From the IMG/VR virus record IMGVR_UViG_2802428968_000003: DNA of 64,000 nucleotides. The stretch is one strand, 5' to 3'. Every line of letters starts with the position of its first letter. The first letter of the stretch is position 1. Both the position numbers and the translations under genes were made by a program. Shown in pieces: positions 1-8,667 of this stretch. The notes beneath the pieces were generated by a model that was not told the origin of the DNA, made no database searches, and worked only from the letters and a program-made list of their open reading frames with translations. Origin of the DNA: a virus.

Positions 1-248
1 GTCGGTCGCCCAACATTCACACGGATCTGAGCCGGTGCGGGTCGGAGGACCGTGTGCCGCCGACCGTCGGACGTCGTGTACTCGTCGCTCAGCGCTACCG
101 GACGAAAGTTCTGATTTTCAACGCGCCCAAGGCCGTTGATGCGCAGAAGGAGCCGCTCGGCGGCTTGATAGAACTTCTCGTCTTCTGAGGGAGAGTCGAT
201 CTCGTGAAAAGCCAAGTAATAGTGGGTGGAGTATCGCGACCGGATCAT
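1..248 (-). CDS. hypothetical protein, C-terminally cut by the window edge (ORF runs off position 1)
   Basis: Hand translation of the minus strand in frame low-end=0 mod 3 gives MIRSRYSTHYYLAFHEIDSPSEDEKFYQAAERLLLRINGLGRVENQNFRPVALSDEYTTSDGRRHTVLRPAPAQIRVNVGRPT with no stop before the window edge. ATG at 248-246. G+C visibly lower than the neighbours. Not in the supplied ORF track because no stop lies in the window. Confidence 0.3.
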   Translation of the reverse strand, partial: MIRSRYSTHYYLAFHEIDSPSEDEKFYQAAERLLLRINGLGRVENQNFRPVALSDEYTTSDGRRHTVLRPAPAQIRVNVGRP

Positions 249-333
249 CGCCGTGTTCCCGGAGACCGATGCGAACGAACTCGGTAGGGTGCCGCCGTTC
301 GTTGCGTGTGCGTGTGCTCCATATGGCCACGGT

Positions 334-828
334 TCAGCGCCAGAGCAACGTGAGCTCTCCGCCGTCGGGGAGTTCCGCCCAGCGCGGTGCGAAGTCGTCG
401 TAGCGGGCGAAGATCCGGTCCAGGAGAGCGGGTTCGACGTAGACCTCGGCCGCTGGCCCGGGCCACGGGCCAGCGGCCTGCCGGTGGCCGCGCTCGACCT
501 CCCACAGCGCCGCCGTCAGCGACGCGAGGTACTCCGACCGTGCCATGTCCGCCGCCTGCGCCGCCGTGGGCTTGCGGTTTCGCCGGGACGCCTTCCGCCG
601 CTCCGCCGGATCGGCGGGCCAGAAGAGCCCGTCGAGGCCGTTGGCGTCGGCGAGGCGCCCGAACACGCCGCCGCGCAGCCGCGCCTCCTGCTCGACGATG
701 AGGTGCGCCGCGTCGTGCGGCACGGGTGGACGGCCACCCGGCCCGCCGCGCGGCGTGAGCTCGGGGCCCCTCTCCCGGCGGATCCGCACGTCGTACCCGT
801 TCCGGCGCTTGACGAACGTGACCTCCAT
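334..828 (-). CDS. hypothetical protein (164 aa)
   Basis: Internal ATG of ORF 334..1191 at 828-826 (MEVTFVKRRNGYDVRIRR...), preceded by AGAGGG. Sequence upstream of this ATG is Arg/Pro-rich and looks like high-GC frame noise. Confidence 0.45.
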   Translation of the reverse strand: MEVTFVKRRNGYDVRIRRERGPELTPRGGPGGRPPVPHDAAHLIVEQEARLRGGVFGRLADANGLDGLFWPADPAERRKASRRNRKPTAAQAADMARSEYLASLTAALWEVERGHRQAAGPWPGPAAEVYVEPALLDRIFARYDDFAPRWAELPDGGELTLLWR

Positions 829-1133
829 GCCCTCTAGGGTGCGTCGTAGGCGGGGGCGCCACAACCGGTTTTCGACGGCCTGCGGCCCGCCCGCCACGCG
901 CCCCACAGTGATTCCATGTCGATCCGTGACCGCTGGTGCCCGTCCCTCCTCGACGCGACGGCCGGACTCGGAGCGGTCTACAGCACGTAACCCAAGCCGT
1001 GGGAGCCCAGGTGTCAGGATCCGCGCCCCGTCGACGGGGCCCTTCTTCGGCCGCCCAGCAGCTGAACATCGCCCGCCTGATCGCTGGATATGGTGGGTGA
1101 CATCGTCGGGAAGCGAGGGATGAGGGGAGCGCC

Positions 1134-1622
1134 GTGGATGGTCTGAGTGACGTGTCGGTCGATCACCGCGTCCGGCGTTGGAACCTCGCACGGTCGCTGT
1201 TCGCGTTCCTCACGTTGGCAGGGGTCGTGTTCTGCATCGCCAGTGTGCTCGGCACCTCCCCGCACTGGGTGTGGATCGCGGGGTTCGCCGCCACCTTGGT
1301 GAGCGGGTGCCTGCTCAGGATCGCCTGGGACAAGCACCGCGTGGCTCTCTTCGCGGGAGCCCCCACCGCCGTGGGCACGGTCCGCGACGTGCTGGAAAGC
1401 CAGTTCGGAGACGGGGCATCGAAGTACCAGCTGCTGATCGATGCGGAACTCGCACACGGGGTGTCGATCCACCGGCGGATCGACATCGGCGGGGATCCTG
1501 ATCCGCTCGGCTGGGTCGGGAACCAGGTCCGGTTCCGTCACCGCACCCTCGACCCGGATGACCTCGACGACGCGTTCGTCGGGCGTGAGGAGCGCAACGC
1601 GTCGTTGGGGCCTGGCTCGTGA
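1134..1622 (+). CDS. DUF3592-like membrane protein (2 TM plus beta-domain), family A paralog
   Basis: GTG start at 1134 preceded by GAGGGGAG. Two hydrophobic helices, then a domain ending VRFRHRTLDPDDLDDAFV, which resembles the PF12158 C-terminal V.V.YDP..P motif. Confidence 0.65.
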   Translation: MDGLSDVSVDHRVRRWNLARSLFAFLTLAGVVFCIASVLGTSPHWVWIAGFAATLVSGCLLRIAWDKHRVALFAGAPTAVGTVRDVLESQFGDGASKYQLLIDAELAHGVSIHRRIDIGGDPDPLGWVGNQVRFRHRTLDPDDLDDAFVGREERNASLGPGS

Positions 1623-2152
1623 GCGCCCACGAGTCCGCGTCGACCCCGCCCGGCCGCGCCTACCGCTGGTGGGGCGTCGGGGCGATCACGTGCCTGGTTC
1701 TGGCGGTGACCGGTCTGCTCGGAGCCATCGCGAGCGCGTTCAGCTCCAGCCCAGAACAGCTGTGGGTCGCAACCGCCGTCGCGGTCTTCGTCCTGATCCC
1801 GGCGGGCATCCTCGGCGGCCTCTACTGCGGGCACAAGCGGTACCGCGCGTGGTTCACCAACGCGCATGTTTCCGAAGCGCCGATCGAAGAGGTCACCGAG
1901 GTGCGTCGTACCAACGACGACGGCAGCGTCTCGCGCTACTTCATGCTCACCGTGTCCGTGTCCGTGTCCGTGTCCGTGTCCGTGGCAGTGGAGGGCGGGC
2001 CGGCCATCCGAAGGCACTGCACCGTGGGTGGGGACCACCCCCGCCCACGGATCGGGCAGACGCTGCGCTTCCGGCACACCACTCTGGACCCCGACGACCT
2101 GGAGGACGCACTGTTCGACAGCATCCGCGAACATCAGCGAGGCACCGGGTGA
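1619..2152 (+). CDS. DUF3592-like membrane protein, family A paralog with internal SV-repeat
   Basis: GTGA start/stop overlap with the upstream gene. Two TM helices. C-terminus is LRFRHTTLDPDDLEDALF. Carries an in-frame (GTGTCC)5 repeat encoding SVSVSVSVSV. Confidence 0.65.
   Translation: MSAHESASTPPGRAYRWWGVGAITCLVLAVTGLLGAIASAFSSSPEQLWVATAVAVFVLIPAGILGGLYCGHKRYRAWFTNAHVSEAPIEEVTEVRRTNDDGSVSRYFMLTVSVSVSVSVSVAVEGGPAIRRHCTVGGDHPRPRIGQTLRFRHTTLDPDDLEDALFDSIREHQRGTG
1952..1984. repeat. perfect hexanucleotide tandem repeat (GTGTCC)x5 plus GTG, in-frame inside a CDS
   Basis: Read directly: gtgtccgtgtccgtgtccgtgtccgtgtccgtg. Confidence 0.9.
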
Positions 2153-2904
2153 GTCCGACTGAGCTTCGGCCCTGGCCCGCCGATCCCGTGTCCGCATGGG
2201 CGCAGGCAGTCGCTGCCCCAGCGGCGAAGTCACGGTATGGCGAGCGGCCGTCGATCAGGCCGTTGGAGGAGATTGCGGCTGACGTGCGCGGGCAGCGGGT
2301 GTTCGTGCCGGCGGTCGCCCTGGTGTTCACCGTAGTTGGTGCGATTCTCGTCGGTGGCCTGCTGGTCGGGGTGTTCCCGCTGAGCGGGCGCAGCACCTCC
2401 GCTGGTGTGCAGTGGTTCGCCGGCGTCGTTCTGCTGATCGTTGGGCCGGCGCTGTGGCTCGGGCACCGGCAGTGGCGCAAGTATGAAGAGCGCCAGGGTT
2501 TCCCACCCGCGCGCGGTGTGCTGTGTGAGATCTATCCGACGAGCTTTCACATCGGTGACGGCGATGGGTGGTGCCTGACCTCGGTCGCTATCGACGCACG
2601 CACCCCGGATGAGCAGGTGTCGAGGATCGCGACCGCATTCCGGATCTGGCTGGCCCGCCTCGAAGCCGACAAGGAAGCCGACTCCGCCGCCAAGAATGCG
2701 TGGAACTCGGGGTTCCGGCGGCGCATCATCAACGCCTTCGCATCTGACGAGATCTTCGGCCCCGAGGCCTCCGGTGGATACCTCGTCCGCGGGACCGCCA
2801 AGCGTTCACGGTGGGCGCTGCTGCTCGACTGGCGAGAACCCGAGGCCCCGGCATACCCGATGCGCAATGCGCTCGTGATCCCCGTCGACCAGGCACAGGG
2901 GTGA
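2149..2904 (+). CDS. 2-TM membrane protein, family B paralog (C-terminal domain with IFGPEASGGY motif)
   Basis: GTG at 2149 overlaps the upstream TGA (GTGA). Only the second half of ORF 1441..2904 is protein-like. Two TM helices. The domain shares the (L/I)FGP(D/E/Q)A(K/S)GG(Y/F) motif with the genes at 7847..8665 and 9899..10732. Confidence 0.55.
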   Translation: MSPTELRPWPADPVSAWAQAVAAPAAKSRYGERPSIRPLEEIAADVRGQRVFVPAVALVFTVVGAILVGGLLVGVFPLSGRSTSAGVQWFAGVVLLIVGPALWLGHRQWRKYEERQGFPPARGVLCEIYPTSFHIGDGDGWCLTSVAIDARTPDEQVSRIATAFRIWLARLEADKEADSAAKNAWNSGFRRRIINAFASDEIFGPEASGGYLVRGTAKRSRWALLLDWREPEAPAYPMRNALVIPVDQAQG

Positions 2905-2911
2905 GAAGCGC

Positions 2912-3709
2912 ATGGGCTGGATAGACCGACTGCGCGGGCGGGAGCGGCCGTCCACCGGAGACGCGGCGTCGGCGGACGTCGGTGTCCCGGACCTCGCCGA
3001 ACCCGTCTACGCGCGTGCGCTCGTGCTCCAAGTTGATCACGACGCGGCGATCATCGAGGTCCAGCCGCCGGGCCGAGCCTCCTTCCGAGCGGAACTGCGC
3101 AGCGGCACGGATCCAGAGAGCTTCACCGGACTGGTCATCCGCTGGCACGCCCCAGTGATCATCGACGGGGCCGATCCGAAACGCGTGATCCTGCTCGAAC
3201 CACCGTGCGGCCCGGATCTGCCGCTCGTGCCAGATGATCTGCAGGCGATCCGAGACGCCCGGGACCTGCGCACGAGCGCCTTGGCGGCACTGTACCCGCC
3301 GCCCTCCGCCGCCGAACTGGCCAACCTGATGACACCGACCGCGTCGGCGGCGCACCCGGCCTGGGACGCCGTCTGCTACCGGCTCGGCCTGCTGACGACG
3401 CCCGAGGCCCAGGCCATCCTCGATCACATCCGCCGTGACGGAAACGCCTGGGTTCGAGCAGAAGCCGAGCTGTACTCCTGGGGCCCGAGCATCCCCGACG
3501 ATCTACGCAAGCAGGTCGGGGCGTTCCTGTCGCATCTGCATGATGTCGCCCCGCAGGGCCGCGGTATCGATCGCGGGCCGTTCTGGACACTCGGCGTCGC
3601 GGCCCTGATGCGCGACCTCGCCCCCAACGACGTCGACGCCCGAGTCTTCGAACTGGTGATGGGTCCGTTCGTCGACGTCTGCGGCCCGCTGCCGGAGCAG
3701 CTGCTGTAG
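2912..3709 (+). CDS. hypothetical protein (265 aa)
   Basis: Clean ORF following gene 2149..2904. No recognisable motif. Confidence 0.5.
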   Translation: MGWIDRLRGRERPSTGDAASADVGVPDLAEPVYARALVLQVDHDAAIIEVQPPGRASFRAELRSGTDPESFTGLVIRWHAPVIIDGADPKRVILLEPPCGPDLPLVPDDLQAIRDARDLRTSALAALYPPPSAAELANLMTPTASAAHPAWDAVCYRLGLLTTPEAQAILDHIRRDGNAWVRAEAELYSWGPSIPDDLRKQVGAFLSHLHDVAPQGRGIDRGPFWTLGVAALMRDLAPNDVDARVFELVMGPFVDVCGPLPEQLL

Positions 3710-3722
3710 CGCGTTGCTCGGT

Positions 3723-4493
3723 TCACAGCGTTGGGAAGCCCTCCGGTTCTCCCCGGCAGGGCGCGAGCCAGGACAGTCGCCGGTCGCAGCCCACATCGAC
3801 CATGCTGACTGGCGATCGGACCTGGTAGACGACGTAGGCGTCCGCGCCCAATCGGGCATCGATACCTATTTGCGTGTGTGCAGTGTCGGGGTCGTCCGGG
3901 GTGGGCATCGTGCAGCGGTCCGGCTGATGAGACGGCGGTACTCCTTCGGGATTCATCCACCAGAGACCTGTCGCAAACTCGTCGATCCTGCTGGCACCGA
4001 CGTCGGGGGTCAGCACGTCGAAGAGTGGCTCGGCACAGGAGGGTTCACCCGCAGAGTGGCCACGGAGGCGCTGTGCGACCTGCGCTGCGTCATCGGCATC
4101 GGGCGGCAGCGCGTAGATCTCGTAGGCCAGGAGCGCGCATTGTTGCCAGTAGAACATGACCACGTCCTGCTCACCGTCGCCGTCGCTGTAGCGCGGGGAC
4201 ATCCAACACGAGACCTGAGTCCATGAGCGCGCCGGGTTTCCTAAGCTCGCGAGCGGTGGCCGGAACTCGTCCTGTTTGGCGAGCAGTTTTGCGCGTCCGG
4301 TGGAGACGTCGTCAACCAGCTGACGGGCGTTGTTCGCCTTGAGGATCCCCGAGACGGGGCCGGGAACGAATACGAAAAGTGCCAGCACCACCACCCCGCT
4401 GAGAACACCGAACGTCCGGCGGCGGCGCGGTGGCCACGGCACCGCAGTCGCTTCCACGTCCGCTGGTTCCTGCCCATCACCCATACACGCCAC
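3723..4493 (-). CDS. hypothetical membrane-anchored protein (N-terminal TM), start 4493 (GTG) or 4484 (ATG)
   Basis: ORF with N-terminal hydrophobic helix VLSGVVVLALFVFVPGPV. Last gene of the leftward operon, convergent with the plus-strand operon. Confidence 0.45.
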   Translation of the reverse strand: MACMGDGQEPADVEATAVPWPPRRRRTFGVLSGVVVLALFVFVPGPVSGILKANNARQLVDDVSTGRAKLLAKQDEFRPPLASLGNPARSWTQVSCWMSPRYSDGDGEQDVVMFYWQQCALLAYEIYALPPDADDAAQVAQRLRGHSAGEPSCAEPLFDVLTPDVGASRIDEFATGLWWMNPEGVPPSHQPDRCTMPTPDDPDTAHTQIGIDARLGADAYVVYQVRSPVSMVDVGCDRRLSWLAPCRGEPEGFPTL

Positions 4494-4526
4494 GATATCG
4501 ACGCGGGTGCACCCGGCCTTCGCGCC

Positions 4527-5042
4527 TCAACTGAGCGCACCGAGGATGGCGACTGTGGTCCATGCCGCGGCGACGGCTGCCAGTGCGAGCGACACCCACA
4601 GCAACGCCCAGAACGCACCAGAGCCGTCACGCGGACCACGCGCCGACCAGAGCAGGGCGATACCCACTCCAAGCCCGTTCGCGGCGATCCCGAGTGCGAC
4701 CACGGGTAGCGCGAACATGCACGCGACGACGAAGAGAGCGGAGATCAACACCAGGATCGTCAGCGCCGCGCGAGTCCACCCTTGCTCGGGATCGTGCCGG
4801 CGGCGCAGGACGGTCTCGAGGATGCTGAACCCGGGGAAAGAAGCGATGAGCCCGCCCATCACGGTCAGCGAGTAGAACACCGGCGCGAACAAGAGCGCCT
4901 TGTTCTCCGCGGGGACGTTGCCGGTCGTCGCACCGAGGGCAAGCATCCCCGTGAACAACAGTGCGCCCAGGATGAGCGGTGCCGTCCCCGTGACGGACGC
5001 ACGATCTCCCGCGCCCCTGGGGGCCGCGCTCTGTCTACTCAC
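4527..5042 (-). CDS. 4-TM membrane protein (171 aa)
   Basis: GTG at 5042-5040 overlaps the TGA of upstream gene 5039..5356 (GTGA). Multi-TM C-terminal part of ORF 4527..5318. Resembles the TM half of 7149..7850. Confidence 0.5.
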   Translation of the reverse strand: MSRQSAAPRGAGDRASVTGTAPLILGALLFTGMLALGATTGNVPAENKALLFAPVFYSLTVMGGLIASFPGFSILETVLRRRHDPEQGWTRAALTILVLISALFVVACMFALPVVALGIAANGLGVGIALLWSARGPRDGSGAFWALLWVSLALAAVAAAWTTVAILGALS

Positions 5043-5356
5043 CGCCGCCGTTCCCAGTCGACGAACCAGGTGGACTTTCGGTTCGGTTTCTTTGGGTCGT
5101 AGCGGATCCAGTGCTTGCTGCCGACGTAGGGCTTGTGGGTGCGCGTCATGGCCTTGTGATCGTGCTCGATACCTTGGGAGTCGGTGAAGCGCAGGATGAC
5201 GTCGTAGTACGCGTGGACGTTGCTGCCCTTCGAGCGCTTCACCTCGACCACCTTCGCCCGCACCCGCGGCCCGGTGAGCCGGATACTCCGAGCACGCTCG
5301 GCGCGGCGGTGTCGCCACCCGAACAGAGCGCCGAGGAAGTTCTTTGCGCGACTCAT
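5039..5356 (-). CDS. small soluble DUF3592-like beta-domain protein, family A domain without TM
   Basis: KVVEVKRSKGSNVHAYYDVILRFTDSQGIEHDHKAMTRTHKPYVGSKHWIRYDPKKP matches the family A domain pattern. ATGA overlap with upstream gene 5353..5895. Confidence 0.5.
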   Translation of the reverse strand: MSRAKNFLGALFGWRHRRAERARSIRLTGPRVRAKVVEVKRSKGSNVHAYYDVILRFTDSQGIEHDHKAMTRTHKPYVGSKHWIRYDPKKPNRKSTWFVDWERRR

Positions 5357-5895
5357 GTCACTGGGCCTTCTGCGGGATCTGGTGCATCGACGAACCCGAG
5401 GAACAACACATCCTTCAGGTCGTCCGGGTCGCCGGTGTTGTGACGGAACCGGACCATCTGTCCAAGCTCCGGCGCCGTGCGCTCAGACACCCGGCAGGTG
5501 CGACGGATGCCCCCATTCGGAAGCCTGGCCGCGATCGTGATGTCGTATGCGGGCAGTGCCTCTGGATCCGTGTGTTCATCGACAACGATCTTGGTGATAG
5601 TGCCGACGGTTTCGTCACCGTCGGCATACCGTGCGACGTCAAGCCTGAACGAGGCCAGGCACCACGGGAGGATCGAAACCACGAGTACTGCGAAGGCTGC
5701 GAGGAAGACCCACCACGGGTCCGGCTTCCCGAGGACTTCGCGGATCGCAGCCACGACGACGGTGATCACGAACCCCGTCAACCCGAGGCAGGCCAGCCCG
5801 AAGAAGACGCGCTTGAGGAACACCCACCGGCGGATCCGCGCCCGGGTCTCGGGCGTCCGCGCCAGGGCCATCCACGCTGTGGCGTCGCGGTTCAC
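5353..5895 (-). CDS. DUF3592-like membrane protein, family A paralog
   Basis: N-terminal AWMALARTPETRARIRRW motif shared with the paralogs at 8668 and 9285. Two TM helices. C-terminal MVRFRHNTGDPDDLKDVLF. Confidence 0.7.
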   Translation of the reverse strand: MNRDATAWMALARTPETRARIRRWVFLKRVFFGLACLGLTGFVITVVVAAIREVLGKPDPWWVFLAAFAVLVVSILPWCLASFRLDVARYADGDETVGTITKIVVDEHTDPEALPAYDITIAARLPNGGIRRTCRVSERTAPELGQMVRFRHNTGDPDDLKDVLFLGFVDAPDPAEGPVT

Positions 5896-6529
5896 GAGAC
5901 GAACCTGCGCTTCCCGTTTAGGAACGGCGACCCTGCTGCGGGTTGTTGGAGGCTTGTGAACTCGGTGTTGCCGTGGAGGCCGGTGATCAGGTAGCCGCTG
6001 CGTCGCACGTCGTCGTGTGCTTCGGTGAGCAGAACCATGGTGTCGGCCAGCTCCGGATCGGCGAAGGCGTACACGTGCCAGCTGCTCTCGGGTGTGAACT
6101 GGTCGATCGACGCCTCGTTGATGAGATCGCCCAGCCAGGCTGTGTGTGTCTTCCCGTCGGCTCCGTCGTAGTCGACGATGACCTTCTTCGTTTTTGCTTC
6201 CGCTGTGGTGTCAGGTTGGTCCCATTCGCGGATCTCGCGCACGCGCGCCACCCGGGGGTGTGGTCCAGCGCGGGCAGTGGTGTGCTCGACATCGCCTGGA
6301 GCCACCCGACGCCGCACGCGATCGCGACCACGAGAATGGCGAAGAACAGCATCACGCCGCGGACAGTCCCGTCGAGCGGCAAGGACAAGATGCCCCAGCT
6401 CAGCAGGACCGAGCTGGTCAGGAACAGTCCGATCCATGTTCGACCGTCGGTCCAGATCGAGCCGCGCGAACCGTTCACCGGACCTAGCCGGCGGCTGTCT
6501 GCTGCGCCGGTCACGACTCGATCCTCCAC
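5892..6529 (-). pseudogene. frameshifted family C paralog: 2-TM N-terminal half in one frame, conserved C-terminal domain in another
   Basis: ORF 5987..6529 supplies the TM helices and the LPALDHTPGW segment, which aligns to LPAIDRTPRV of the paralog 6511..7152. ORF 5892..6641 supplies the C-terminal domain WHVYAFADPELADTMVLLTEAHDDV. The frame switch lies near 6247, at a G5 run (cacccgggggtgtgg). Confidence 0.45.
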
Positions 6530-7152
6530 TTGGAATCCTGGCTGAAGAATGTCGATCCCGGGCGAGGTTTCCGGAACCGACCGGTGTGCACTTCGCCCCG
6601 GACCCCGAGCCAGAGGTAGATGCCCGAGCGCAGCACCTCATCGTGGGCCTCCGTCAGGAACACCACGGTGTCCGCGAGCGCTGTATCGCGGAACGCGTAC
6701 ACCTGCCAGGTGCTCCCGATGGGGAAGCGATCGAGCCAGGATTCATCGACGTCATCGGCGAGATGCACTTCGTATTGTTTGCCACCCCTGCCCTGATAGG
6801 TCACGTACAGGCCGGGCCAACCGGTCACTGAGTCGGTGCCCTCGTTCGCCGAGACCGTCGCAACGCGCGGGGTCCGGTCGATGGCCGGCAGGGTGTCGAG
6901 AGATTTCGGGCTGAGAAGCACTGCGCGCAGGATCACGATGGCAGAGAAGAGCACGAGGAGTCCGATGAAAGCCCACATGAACACCGGCCCCAGCGCTACC
7001 AAGAGGACGGCGAGCCCAACGACCCCGATGACGCAGGCGATGACGATCGTCGGCATCACTCGGTCGTAGCGGTGGAACGGCATGTCGGGCCCGTACCCGA
7101 TGCCCAGCAGCCGCATCGTGACCCGGTCGAACACTGATCCGCACTTGCTCAT
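6511..7152 (-). CDS. 2-TM membrane protein, family C paralog
   Basis: Start MSKCGSVF at 7152-7150, ATGA overlap with upstream gene. Two TM helices. C-terminal domain WQVYAFRDTALADTVVFLTEAHDEV. Confidence 0.6.
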   Translation of the reverse strand: MSKCGSVFDRVTMRLLGIGYGPDMPFHRYDRVMPTIVIACVIGVVGLAVLLVALGPVFMWAFIGLLVLFSAIVILRAVLLSPKSLDTLPAIDRTPRVATVSANEGTDSVTGWPGLYVTYQGRGGKQYEVHLADDVDESWLDRFPIGSTWQVYAFRDTALADTVVFLTEAHDEVLRSGIYLWLGVRGEVHTGRFRKPRPGSTFFSQDSKWRIES

Positions 7153-7850
7153 GACGACATCTCTTCGATCCGTGCTTGCGCCCGGTCCCTGCGGTAAGCG
7201 CATGCAGCGTATAACCAGAAACCGAGCGGGATCGCGACGATGCTGGCCGGGAACAGCACCGCGGGGTTCGTCCAGCCAGGGAAGCCGTCGAACGGATGAT
7301 TTCCGAGGAGGAGCATGCCGATGAGAAGCCAGCATGCCGTCGGGACGACGAGCATGACCCCGCCCCAGCCGATCATGAAGCACAGGCTCGCGAGAACGCC
7401 CCAGATCCGGTAGCCAAGCGTCCCAGGACCGTGCGGCCGGAACGGTGCCAGCTCTCCGTCGAGCTCCGCCGGCCATTGGACGACGAGCACGTCGCTGTCG
7501 TAGGTCGGATCGAGCGTCGTGTGGCGGATGACGACTTCCTTCCCGATGAGCCTGCGGCCCGCGGACGGGCCGAGCAGCGGGGACCGGACCGTCCGAGGCA
7601 ACGTCACATGCTTACCGTCGACACTCACGTCGATGTGAATGACGAGGTCGTCGTCTGTCGGCCCACCCTCGGGGGAGTCGTTCGACACGGCGTAGCGGAT
7701 GACGCCAACGGTCTCTCGCCCCTCAAGGAGCTCTTTGCGGAGCGGGGCAGGGCGCGGCTTCGGCGGAGGGGTGAACTCGCTGGCGATGCCCTTCCCGATC
7801 CGTCTGAGCACAGACCGAGCTGACCGTTGGCCGGGTGAATGATTGCTCAT
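7149..7850 (-). CDS. DUF3592-like domain (N-terminal) fused to a 4-TM module
   Basis: ATG at 7850-7848 with GGAG seven nt upstream. VVIRHTTLDPTYDSDVLVV domain followed by four hydrophobic helices. Same architecture as the gene pair 5039..5356 plus 4527..5042, but fused. Confidence 0.6.
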   Translation of the reverse strand: MSNHSPGQRSARSVLRRIGKGIASEFTPPPKPRPAPLRKELLEGRETVGVIRYAVSNDSPEGGPTDDDLVIHIDVSVDGKHVTLPRTVRSPLLGPSAGRRLIGKEVVIRHTTLDPTYDSDVLVVQWPAELDGELAPFRPHGPGTLGYRIWGVLASLCFMIGWGGVMLVVPTACWLLIGMLLLGNHPFDGFPGWTNPAVLFPASIVAIPLGFWLYAACAYRRDRAQARIEEMSS

Positions 7851-8665
7851 GATCCGCTCCTCATCGAGTCCCAGTCGATGCCGATCGAGTCGGCGTGCTC
7901 GGTGGTCCACCACACGGGCAGGGCGTGCGCATGGTGCCAGGGGTTGCCCAGCCGAGCCTTACGGCGGCGGGGGATCGCGAGGAACCAGCGGTGGTGGCGG
8001 TCCACGCAGGTGATGAAGCCGCCCTTCGCGTCCGGGCCGAAGAGCAGCTCGGTGGGGAGCACCTCCGGGTCCTCCCGCTTCCATCGCCGCCAGAACTCGG
8101 CATAGGCCGACGGATCCTGCTCGAGCTGGGTCGCCCACTGTTCGCAGGCGCTGACGATGCGCATCGCTTTCTCGCCGTCCATCCGAACGGTCTCGCCTTC
8201 GATGCCTCCGCCGCCGAGCAGGATCGTCGCGACGGCGGCGCTCGACGGGTGCTTGCGCAGCCGCAGCCGGTACGGGTGCGCCTCGCACAGCATCGCGGAA
8301 TCCACGACCCACGCGGTCGGCCCCCAAGACCGGCGCGGGTACAGCAGCAAGAAGACACCGAGCGGCACCATCACTGCGGCTACCAACGCCGCCATTCCGA
8401 CGACGAGCCAGTCCTCCGGCTCGCCCGAGAGCGACCGAAGCAGCATCATCACGCTTATCGCCGTGACGATGAGCAGCCCGACCCCGGCAACCTGGTTCAT
8501 CAGACCGCTCATCTTCTGCAGCCGGGTGCCGAGATCGTCCATACGGGGGATCGCCTCAGGCCGGTCGGAGAGACGGTGCGTCCGCGCGCGCTCTTCCACG
8601 GCGGCCCACGCCGTGGCCGGATTGCCCGGCCAGGGCTGCACTGCGATCTCATCTACTCGGCTCAT
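7847..8665 (-). CDS. 2-TM membrane protein, family B paralog
   Basis: ATG at 8665-8663 (GAAGGGG RBS, TGA-CG-ATG coupling to the upstream gene). C-terminal domain carries ELLFGPDAKGGFITCV. The rest of the 470-aa ORF is out-of-frame noise. Confidence 0.6.
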   Translation of the reverse strand: MSRVDEIAVQPWPGNPATAWAAVEERARTHRLSDRPEAIPRMDDLGTRLQKMSGLMNQVAGVGLLIVTAISVMMLLRSLSGEPEDWLVVGMAALVAAVMVPLGVFLLLYPRRSWGPTAWVVDSAMLCEAHPYRLRLRKHPSSAAVATILLGGGGIEGETVRMDGEKAMRIVSACEQWATQLEQDPSAYAEFWRRWKREDPEVLPTELLFGPDAKGGFITCVDRHHRWFLAIPRRRKARLGNPWHHAHALPVWWTTEHADSIGIDWDSMRSGS

Positions 8666-8667
8666 CG

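Noticed and set aside
118-330. 70-aa minus-strand ORF MAIWSTRTRNERRH...
   Set aside because: A different frame of the same region gives a more protein-like, edge-truncated ORF (1..248). This one is likely a frame shadow.
245-1069. Long Arg/Pro/Gly-rich ORFs in several frames (245..1069, 226..837, 387..701, 545..1123)
   Set aside because: High-GC frame artefacts. Their composition is dominated by R, P, G and A runs and they overlap a better-supported gene (334..828).
1952-1984. Possibility that the short direct repeats mark a CRISPR array
   Set aside because: It is a single perfect hexamer microsatellite inside a CDS with no spacers. No CRISPR-like repeat-spacer structure was seen anywhere in the window.
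1441-2904. 487-aa ORF spanning three genes
   Set aside because: Only the last ~250 codons are protein-like. The first half is an out-of-frame shadow of genes 1134..1622 and 1619..2152. The true start is the GTG at 2149 (GTGA overlap).
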